Virus record (IMG/VR): IMGVR_UViG_3300021197_000088
Location: 1-54,442 of that record
Reading direction: 5' to 3' (one strand)
DNA: 54,442 bases
From: a virus
Taxonomy: Duplodnaviria; Caudoviricetes
The notes under the pieces were generated by a model, which was not told where the DNA came from, made no database searches, and saw only the letters and a list, made by a program, of their open reading frames with translations. Shown in pieces: positions 47,753-54,335 of this stretch. Made by a program: the position numbers and the translations under genes. Each line of letters opens with the position of its first letter. Positions within the stretch are counted from its first letter, which is position 1.

Positions 47753-48831
47753 TACGCTGCCAGTGCGGGATTACTGGCATCTACCTGCATCCATTTAGAC
47801 CACTCTGCATAATAGTGTCTCATGCCTACTTCATCGTGGATTGTACTATTCTCATGTCTACCATGCAAGATGTTACGAGGTTCTGTACCTTCTCGCATTG
47901 TAGTACCCTGACCTGCTACACCTAGTAAGTCTTCGTGCAGGTTTCTACCAAACGGCCCCCATATAGAGTTGTGATGCTTTATACGAGTAGCTCTTTCTTC
48001 GGGGGTGTCTTTCTTTAAACCATATCCACGGAACTCAATCAATACTTTGTTTGGTCCTAGTGGTGTTACGCTGTCGCTACGATAAGCACTCCCACGTAAG
48101 TTGAAATTAAATCCGGGGAATAAGTCAACCATATACCATTGGTTGGGCGGCAGATTGGGAAAAGATAACTCCCCCCTATCTTCAAATCCCTGATACTCTT
48201 CATAGTTAACAGTAAAGCTGCTGACGTTAACATGACCATTATCAAAAGGAATATTTTTTCTAGCGAAATACTCATCATTAAATCCTGACACACGATTAAA
48301 GTAATGCATGAAGTCGTGATAGAACTCGCTATTAGTGTCGTGCCACAACTTGTAGTTAGTATCTACAATAGCTTTATGGTAGTGAAACACTTCCATTTCT
48401 TCAGCATCTATTGCATCCGCTATGCAATCAAATGCACCCGCAGTCCACTGGTCTACGGTTAAGCTATTGCTTTGGTCTAATGTAGTCCACACCATACCGC
48501 CATGCTTTATTTCGCAGAGTAGTTCTGTCCATAAACCGGAATGATATGTTAGAGATAAATCATTACCAGCAGGACGGTTTACTTTATCCGTAAGGAAAGT
48601 TTTAACTTTATTATTTTCAAAACGTATAGCAGCGACATTGCATCCTGCTATCTGTGTAGTTCTGAAATCGCCTAAGTGTGGCAACTCACTTGAGTGACAC
48701 ATAGGAACCCATACCTTAGAGAATATGTTTTCTAGTTCCTGTTCATATAAACTGTGGTCAGAATAAATAAGAGAGTTAATATACTCTACGCTAGGTTGTT
48801 TAGTCCAGCTTTGATGATTACGTGGTGCCAT
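47752..48831 (-). CDS. msmA: Methanesulfonate monooxygenase hydroxylase alpha subunit-like protein lacking Rieske ligands
   Basis: IFSKVWVPMCH.SEL, NYKLWHDTNSEFYHDFMHYFNR, LFPGFNFNLRGS, WGPFGRNLHED, HDEVGMRHYY; no CxH or CxxH in the Rieske region. Confidence 0.85.
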   Translation of the reverse strand: MAPRNHQSWTKQPSVEYINSLIYSDHSLYEQELENIFSKVWVPMCHSSELPHLGDFRTTQIAGCNVAAIRFENNKVKTFLTDKVNRPAGNDLSLTYHSGLWTELLCEIKHGGMVWTTLDQSNSLTVDQWTAGAFDCIADAIDAEEMEVFHYHKAIVDTNYKLWHDTNSEFYHDFMHYFNRVSGFNDEYFARKNIPFDNGHVNVSSFTVNYEEYQGFEDRGELSFPNLPPNQWYMVDLFPGFNFNLRGSAYRSDSVTPLGPNKVLIEFRGYGLKKDTPEERATRIKHHNSIWGPFGRNLHEDLLGVAGQGTTMREGTEPRNILHGRHENSTIHDEVGMRHYYAEWSKWMQVDASNPALAA

Positions 48832-48834
48832 AGT

Positions 48835-49041
48835 TTACTCTACAATCTCCAATATCTCACCATCTTTTACTTTTACTTTTAATTCTTTACAGGACCATTT
48901 CTGGTCAAAGTTATTAGTTGGACCTATGTTACGTTTTATTTTACGGCGTACAGATAGACATTCAGATAAAGATTGATATGGTGTATACTCTACCTTTTCC
49001 CCACCCATTACTAGCAACAATACAAAGGTAAGTTCAACCAT
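48835..49041 (-). CDS. Small protein with hydrophobic N-terminus and two Cys
   Basis: FVLLLVM...SLSECL..RRKI.R...WSC. Confidence 0.75.
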   Translation of the reverse strand: MVELTFVLLLVMGGEKVEYTPYQSLSECLSVRRKIKRNIGPTNNFDQKWSCKELKVKVKDGEILEIVE

Positions 49042-49432
49042 CTCCGTTTCTCAACTTCTCTATATTCTCTTCTAGGTTTGTAATGCGCTTCTCATAAAAC
49101 TCTAGCGTTAGCTTCTGCTGCTGGTCATATGGGGCTTTACCACTTTCTATGTCTGTTTGCAGTTTTTCTAGTTCACCTGCAAGATGCTCTATTAACATAT
49201 ACTGTTCTGAGTCTGCTGGCAAGCTACCCATATCTCCCCTAGGCCACTTGATACGAAATTCTGTATTCTGCGCTAAATCAGATTCCATCATGGTGATGTT
49301 AGTTTCTATCTGATTCAGTCTTTCTATAATACCAAAGTATGCCCATGTTGCAAGAGATGCTGCAGCAACCATACTTATAATGTTACGTAGGGGTAGTGCG
49401 ACTTCTGTGTTTTCGTTTAGCTTGGTAGGCAT
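49034..49432 (-). CDS. Membrane-anchored coiled-coil protein
   Basis: N-terminal TM; FRIKWPRG.MGSLPADSEQ motif. Confidence 0.8.
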   Translation of the reverse strand: MPTKLNENTEVALPLRNIISMVAAASLATWAYFGIIERLNQIETNITMMESDLAQNTEFRIKWPRGDMGSLPADSEQYMLIEHLAGELEKLQTDIESGKAPYDQQQKLTLEFYEKRITNLEENIEKLRNGDG

Positions 49433-49629
49433 TAGTTTTTATAGCCACCACCAGCAGACTTATACGCTTTAGCCATCATTTGTGCTTTTCTAGCACTCCA
49501 CTGTCCGGGTTTACCGCCTTTACTACCTGCTTTGATACGATTAAATATACGTTTTCTTAAAGCTGGCTTAGTATAGTTACCCGCTTCGTTTACTCTGCTT
49601 TTAGCTTTTTTCTTCTGAGGTGGGGGCAT
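49432..49629 (-). CDS. DUF5872-like basic protein
   Basis: NYTKP.LRKR...GGKPGQWSARKAQ...GGGY. Confidence 0.8.
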   Translation of the reverse strand: MPPPQKKKAKSRVNEAGNYTKPALRKRIFNRIKAGSKGGKPGQWSARKAQMMAKAYKSAGGGYKN

Positions 49630-49637
49630 GTTACATC

Positions 49638-49991
49638 CTATCTATTTGGGTCGTAGTATTCTTCAACGGATATTAATGCAGATATAGTACCTGCTGTTTC
49701 TGCTGAGAGGATAATCTTATCACTAGAATTTAAATGAATAAAATTACCATCTACTATGTTTACAAACGAATTTGCAGCTACAGATAAATCTTCAGCTATA
49801 AAATAATGCGTTGTTGCCTTTGAGTCGTAGTATTGTATCGTTATCTTTTTTGCTGCAGCATTATTATTAGTAAGACTTAGATGGCGCACTACAGCAGCAT
49901 GTACGTTTGGAACTGTGTACAGTGCTGTAGAGCCAGTGCCTGTAGTTAAACCTTTTGTGGTAAACTTAGAGCCATCTATAATTCTAGGCAT
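49638..49991 (-). CDS. Small beta-rich protein, probable paralogue of 29562..29891
   Basis: LYTVP...LSLTN...DLSVAA...LNSSDKI pattern. Confidence 0.7.
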   Translation of the reverse strand: MPRIIDGSKFTTKGLTTGTGSTALYTVPNVHAAVVRHLSLTNNNAAAKKITIQYYDSKATTHYFIAEDLSVAANSFVNIVDGNFIHLNSSDKIILSAETAGTISALISVEEYYDPNR

Positions 49992-50110
49992 TAGTCATTC
50001 CAATCCAGAACTTGTCTATGCTTTTTCCAGAACCAGTCACCTACCTTGGTAAAAGGTCTACCCATATAAAGCAAAGCCCATCCCAAATATTTAATTGCAC
50101 ATTTTCTCAT
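49991..50110 (-). CDS. Hypothetical protein, 39 aa (MRKCAIKYLGWALLYMGRPF...)
   Basis: Read manually; ATGA and TAATG coupling. Confidence 0.6.
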   Translation of the reverse strand: MRKCAIKYLGWALLYMGRPFTKVGDWFWKKHRQVLDWND

Positions 50111-50247
50111 TTCTTTTTCTTAGCCATGCCACCGCGCATCATTTTCTTTTTAGATGCCATCTTAGCCATGCCGCCTCCGCGCATTTTCTTAGCCATTACA
50201 GAACCACCGCCCCGCATCTTTTTAGCCATTTTAGTTTTGCCCTTCAT
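50107..50247 (-). CDS. 46-aa basic repeat peptide MKGKTKMAKKMRGGGSVMAKKMRGGGMAKMASKKKMMRGGMAKKKK
   Basis: Read manually; AAGGAG SD; synonymous variation between repeats. Confidence 0.8.
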   Translation of the reverse strand: MKGKTKMAKKMRGGGSVMAKKMRGGGMAKMASKKKMMRGGMAKKKK

Positions 50248-50764
50248 TTCGTAGTCTCCTTCTGTCTATAACTAATGAATGAAACACTTCCACAGGAAAG
50301 TGATTATAATAACCAGACTTCTCCAGACTCATTGCTGCATCATCTAGTGTCGATAGCCTTTGTACAAATACCATGCAGTAGACTAGGCTCTCATCTACTA
50401 TACCATCTTCAACTAAAAAGTCCAGACCTGCTTCTTCTGCATCATAGTCTGGATGGAACACCATAAGGTGCATATCTTTACCTGCAATGGACATGGCTTC
50501 GTTTACACCATCACACCAACCATCTAGGTATTCTACATCTGGAAGTAACTCATTAGCCCATACAACTATGTCATAGTCGTGTTCATTAAAGTCTGCTACT
50601 TCTTTAGCTAGTCCATCTAACCCTGTGTTTATACTAAATACAACCTTATCATCAAGCCACGCTTGTTTAGCATAGGGGCAGGGCGGTAGGCCGTTCAGTT
50701 TTTCACTAGGTACTTCTAGGAAATCATGTGACCACTTACGTATGTCACGCTCTACGGGATGCAT
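50231..50764 (-). CDS. DUF1415-like hypothetical protein
   Basis: LPPCPYA, MVFHPD, VQRL..L..A...L...GYY. Confidence 0.6.
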   Translation of the reverse strand: MHPVERDIRKWSHDFLEVPSEKLNGLPPCPYAKQAWLDDKVVFSINTGLDGLAKEVADFNEHDYDIVVWANELLPDVEYLDGWCDGVNEAMSIAGKDMHLMVFHPDYDAEEAGLDFLVEDGIVDESLVYCMVFVQRLSTLDDAAMSLEKSGYYNHFPVEVFHSLVIDRRRLRNEGQN

Positions 50765-50768
50765 AAAA

Positions 50769-50987
50769 CTAACTAAGAATTTTCTTAACTACATCAGGGC
50801 GTGTTTTACTTAATGCGCGTAGGCCGGGGTTCATCTTATCTGTGACACTACCACCTGCTGAATACATGTGTTCTTTTTTATTAGCCATACCCCCACGCAT
50901 CATGTTAGCTTTCTTGCTTGGGTCTTTTTTCATTTCAGCCATGCCTACAGATATGGCTATGACAGGAACCTTTTTCTTTTTAGTCAT
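50769..50987 (-). CDS. Small basic protein with xxGG motifs
   Basis: MMRGGM, YSAGGSV, NPGLRAL. Confidence 0.75.
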   Translation of the reverse strand: MTKKKKVPVIAISVGMAEMKKDPSKKANMMRGGMANKKEHMYSAGGSVTDKMNPGLRALSKTRPDVVKKILS

Positions 50988-51514
50988 TACTTTCGTTTCC
51001 TATTATCTACAGATGATAGCAGTAAGCCGCCTTTGTTCATGCGGAAGTCATGTGCGCCTGTGCGAGATTTCTTAACTACACCGCCACGTGCTTTATTTTG
51101 TGGCGCACGTTTTTTTAACGCTTCCATTATCTGTTCTACACCTGCATCTAATTCTTTTTCCTTCTTTGCTGCCTTAACATCTGCTTTTGCATCAGCAGGA
51201 ATACGTGGTTCAACATCTTTCATAGGCTTCTTTTTAATTATATTATTAACAAACATATCTTTTAAAGACTGTTCACGTTTTGCAATACTTTCTGCGCTGC
51301 CGTCATTTTTTTTAAGCCATTTAATTTCAGCTTGTATACGGTCATATGCTTTCTGTGGACCTTTTGATTTTGCTTGCTTTAGTCTTTCGCCTGATTCAAT
51401 TCTTTTTGGGTCTGCTGCAGGTGCAGTAGATGTGTTACCTGTTTCTGGATTCTTTTTTTGTTTAGGTTTTACTGCTGCTTTAACGCCCTTCTTTAGTATT
51501 TTTAAAAATGCCAT
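50987..51514 (-). CDS. Basic protein with C-terminal xxGG motifs
   Basis: AGG SD; KARGGVV, DFRMNKGGLL. Confidence 0.75.
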   Translation of the reverse strand: MAFLKILKKGVKAAVKPKQKKNPETGNTSTAPAADPKRIESGERLKQAKSKGPQKAYDRIQAEIKWLKKNDGSAESIAKREQSLKDMFVNNIIKKKPMKDVEPRIPADAKADVKAAKKEKELDAGVEQIMEALKKRAPQNKARGGVVKKSRTGAHDFRMNKGGLLLSSVDNRKRK

Positions 51515-51542
51515 TAGTATTTTCCTTTCCTAGATTTCTTTT

Positions 51543-51839
51543 TTAACATTTCCAACGTCTACGTGCTTGCCGTAAACGGCTGTTCGGGTCTTTAGCAGCT
51601 TTTGGAAACTTCTTCATCTGACCTGCAGACCTAGCACAAAATGATTTACGCCTATTAGCGTCTTTACTGCCTTTCTTAACATCACCAGTAACGGCAGTTT
51701 TTAATTTGCTACCGGGGTTTGCTTTTCTATATGCCTTTACACCTGCAGCAGTCATACCTGCTCCCGACTTTGTAGGACGAAAGTTCTTCTTATTACGAGG
51801 TGGCATTTTACTTGGCTTGCGTTTTTGTGGTGGGGACAT
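51543..51839 (-). CDS. Conserved basic phage protein (RRKSFCAR...WKC family)
   Basis: GMTAAGVKAYR..NPGSKLK, RRKSFCARS, DPNSR...RRRWKC. Confidence 0.8.
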   Translation of the reverse strand: MSPPQKRKPSKMPPRNKKNFRPTKSGAGMTAAGVKAYRKANPGSKLKTAVTGDVKKGSKDANRRKSFCARSAGQMKKFPKAAKDPNSRLRQARRRWKC

Positions 51840-52051
51840 TAAGTTGCTGTTCCTTTTGGTGCTACATTTAAATCAAACTCATATGCAGTACACCTAGCTC
51901 TCCAGTCTACTATTTCGCCAGACTGAATCATCTCATTATGATATGACATTACATACTCAGTAGTAGGACATGTCTCTAAAGTTTCGGTATAGGTTTTAAC
52001 TACGCCATCTGGCATAACAATTACGGATATGTACAGGAAAAAAGAAAACAT
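51839..52051 (-). CDS. Small protein with hydrophobic N-terminus and two Cys
   Basis: ORF track; TAATG coupling downstream. Confidence 0.65.
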   Translation of the reverse strand: MFSFFLYISVIVMPDGVVKTYTETLETCPTTEYVMSYHNEMIQSGEIVDWRARCTAYEFDLNVAPKGTAT

Positions 52052-52054
52052 ACG

Positions 52055-52267
52055 TCACTCATCTTTCTCTTTCCAGCCTTCGGCCCTCATTGCATCCTCT
52101 ACATGCTTCAGAGTAAAAGAACGACCATAGTGAGCTTCCACGGCACTACGCACATAGAATACATCACTATGGGGTATATGAAGTCTGTCTAAAGAATTAG
52201 TACGGATAGCATTATAAAATGCTTCAAGAACATTATCTGTGTATAGTTTTACAGATTTCTTAGCCAT
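52055..52267 (-). CDS. Hypothetical protein, first gene of the late arm
   Basis: LHIPHSDVFYVR motif; start moved to MAKKSVK. Confidence 0.7.
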   Translation of the reverse strand: MAKKSVKLYTDNVLEAFYNAIRTNSLDRLHIPHSDVFYVRSAVEAHYGRSFTLKHVEDAMRAEGWKEKDE

Positions 52268-52316
52268 TGTCAAGAACTTTCTTTTAAAAAACACGAATAA
52301 TCTTTGCACAAAGGAG

Positions 52317-52456
52317 TACACTTATAGTGTAGTCACTTAAAGTGTATTAGCAAAGAAAATTTAGTAAGGACTAACTTATACTATAGTTAAGTGTTATAGT
52401 TAAAGAGCTTTTTAAGAATTATTATATAGACATTTAAGTGTAAACACTTTAAGTGT
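52317..52456. repeat. AT-rich cluster of palindromes CACT-WWW-AGTG
   Basis: TACACTTATAGTGTA (52317), CACTTAAAGTG (52334), ACACTTTAAGTGT (52444), plus TTAAGTG half sites. Confidence 0.75.
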
Positions 52457-52462
52457 GTCTTA

Positions 52463-52501
52463 GTTATACATAATTATATCAGATTATGTCAAGCCTGTCA
52501 A
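52463..52501 (-). promoter_or_regulatory. Two overlapping sigma70 promoters driving the late arm
   Basis: Minus strand TTGACA(52501-52496)-17 bp-TATAAT and TTGACA(52492-52487)-18 bp-TATAAC, both with TG. Confidence 0.85.
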
Positions 52502-52667
52502 GCATTATTTTTAATATAAATAGTATTGCCTATTATTTAGGCAGTTGCACAATACTTATGCATAAGATAATGTCAGTTGTTCTTGTGGTTAACACTTAAT
52601 TTTCCTAATCTGTGTATTTCTACATACACATATACGTACACCCCCACTCTGCCCCCTGCCTACCCTC

Positions 52668-53134
52668 CTTACTGCGCCTGTATGTGCCGCATTATGCAGC
52701 CGCATAGCGCATGGTAAGAGCCAAACTTAGTCCAACATCGGACTTAAAGCATTGAAAATGCTATATGTTATCCCAAACAACCAGTTGTAAACAACTGTTA
52801 TGGTATCAGTTGCCATACGAAGTATGCTTTTTGAACAACAGAACTACAGATTTGTATCGAAGATACAATGTTGATGCATCTATTTCTGTATAGCTTGCTA
52901 TACAATGTTTCTGCTACACCATACCCCACCAACCAAGCGGTCATCCTCGCATCCGCACAGTTCAGTGCAGGTATTTCGGAATAACTTGTTATTCCTGCAA
53001 TCACATGGAACGGCATGGGCAGAGGATGGCGTGTAAGGCTTCAACCAAAACCTTAACTATCTTCTTACGGTTTTACGGGATATAGCCCCTTGAACGTAGT
53101 GAAAGGGGTATATCCCTATAAAACCTAAAGATAG
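52668..53134 (+). other. Non-coding region packed with inverted repeats (structured DNA or RNA element)
   Basis: At least nine stem-loops read directly; see findings. Confidence 0.65.
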
Positions 53135-53149
53135 ATAAGAGGAACCGAA

Positions 53150-53749
53150 ATGCAAAATTCAACTTCAAAATCACTGACTGTTGTAAACAACACTTTGGAA
53201 GCTGAAGGCTTTGCCTTGGCTAAAGAGTTCAAGCAAATCACCAAAGGTGATAAGGCTCGTTTCACCAAAGCAACTAAGGCTGATGGCTTTGATACACGGC
53301 TTGGAAAGCTGATGCAAAAGCTGAAGGCTGAAGGTGGCGAACGGATTTCATCCGATAGGCTGAAGGATTGCGGCATCAATGTAATTGATAAGCGGCGCAG
53401 AGCAGAGGCTTTGTGGTTCGTTGAAAACGAAAAGGCTTGCCGTGAGTTTATTGCTAAAAGCAAAAAAGGTTTTACCAGTCTCACAGCTTTACAAGCTGCA
53501 ATGAAGCCAAAGGCTCCGTCAAAGCCAAAGGCTGAGACACCTGTTGAGCCAAAGGCTAAAGCACAGCCTCAAGAACAGCCAAAGGCTGAAACACAGTCTG
53601 TAAAGACTGCTGAAGATTTGGCACTTGACACTCTACTGCAAGTAGAGTTACATGGTATCAGCCTTGCTGATTTCAAGATTGCTATGGCAAATGCCATTGG
53701 CTTAATTGAGCAGAACAACGAAGTTGTCCCATTTGATATGGTAGGTTAA
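53150..53749 (+). CDS. First early protein, hypothetical, with PKA-repeat linker
   Basis: GAGG SD; IDKRRRAEALWFVEN motif. Confidence 0.85.
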   Translation: MQNSTSKSLTVVNNTLEAEGFALAKEFKQITKGDKARFTKATKADGFDTRLGKLMQKLKAEGGERISSDRLKDCGINVIDKRRRAEALWFVENEKACREFIAKSKKGFTSLTALQAAMKPKAPSKPKAETPVEPKAKAQPQEQPKAETQSVKTAEDLALDTLLQVELHGISLADFKIAMANAIGLIEQNNEVVPFDMVG

Positions 53750-53805
53750 CACCTACTATATCATTCCCTAGTCCAACCTTGGACTTAACAATACGGAGTA
53801 TTGAA

Positions 53806-54003
53806 ATGAAATTTGAAATGTTAGATTTATTTTTGATTGCCATGTTAATGGTAGGCGTTTTCTTCGGATTAGCTATGCTATCCGTTCATGGTGTAGGTTA
53901 CATGACATGGCTGTCATGGACGCTATTCGGTAGCAGCGCATGGTGCCTAGTCGTTGGCTGGGTAATTGTAGCATACAATTTGGAGAATCGTAATGGCTCG
54001 TAA
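53806..54003 (+). CDS. Small two-TM membrane protein
   Basis: GGAG SD; start moved from 53779; two hydrophobic helices. Confidence 0.7.
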   Translation: MKFEMLDLFLIAMLMVGVFFGLAMLSVHGVGYMTWLSWTLFGSSAWCLVVGWVIVAYNLENRNGS

Positions 54004-54235
54004 ATTCATCACACCGATGGGCAGGCATAAGCCTGTCCGTTCAAGCTGGCAGGCAATGGACACACAAGCCTATAGCCGTAGCTATGAGCCTGAGACACGG
54101 CCTGAGTTCCGTTGCTATGTGACTGGTCAAGCTGAAGCTGCACAGCAAGCGTATGAAGCGAAGCTGAAGCGTGAGGCACAAGTTCAAGCCTTGCTTGAGT
54201 TGAAGCAGAGGATGCTTGACAAGAATTTGCTTTAG
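53993..54235 (+). CDS. Hypothetical early protein
   Basis: GGAG SD; 80-aa ORF. Confidence 0.75.
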   Translation: MARKFITPMGRHKPVRSSWQAMDTQAYSRSYEPETRPEFRCYVTGQAEAAQQAYEAKLKREAQVQALLELKQRMLDKNLL

Positions 54236-54245
54236 TGTGTATAAC
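54216..54245 (+). promoter_or_regulatory. Sigma70 promoter
   Basis: TTGACA-18 bp-TATAAC with TG. Confidence 0.75.
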
Positions 54246-54335
54246 GTAAATACACTTGAAACATAGTGAAAGTGTATTTACTTATATCCACTACTAACCT
54301 AGTCCAATGTTGGACTTAACCAAACGGAGTTTGAG

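Larger units (their letters stand above)
52729..54316. repeat. 16-bp palindrome AGTCCAA-NN-TTGGACT, 3 copies (52729, 53770, 54301)
   Basis: AGTCCAACATCGGACT, AGTCCAACCTTGGACT, AGTCCAATGTTGGACT, all intergenic and followed by TAA. Confidence 0.88.

Noticed and set aside
52240-52273. Additional minus-strand promoter TTGACA-16 bp-TAAAAC
   Set aside because: Weak -10 and it overlaps the start of the first late gene; not distinguishable from chance
52380-52600. CtrA boxes (TTAA-N7-TTAA)
   Set aside because: The TTAA pairs I measured are spaced 3, 8, 9 or 11 bp, not 7
52912-52932. tRNA-like 5' fragment on the minus strand (GGGGTATGGTGTAGC) as attP or tRNA
   Set aside because: No D-loop, anticodon arm or TTCGA T-loop follows; too short to support
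53089-53105. Hammerhead ribozyme (TGA...GAAA)
   Set aside because: No CUGANGA core or three-stem junction
52798-53484. Minus-strand ORFs 52798..53016 and 53125..53484
   Set aside because: No SD; one crosses the hairpin array and the other is antisense to a well-supported gene
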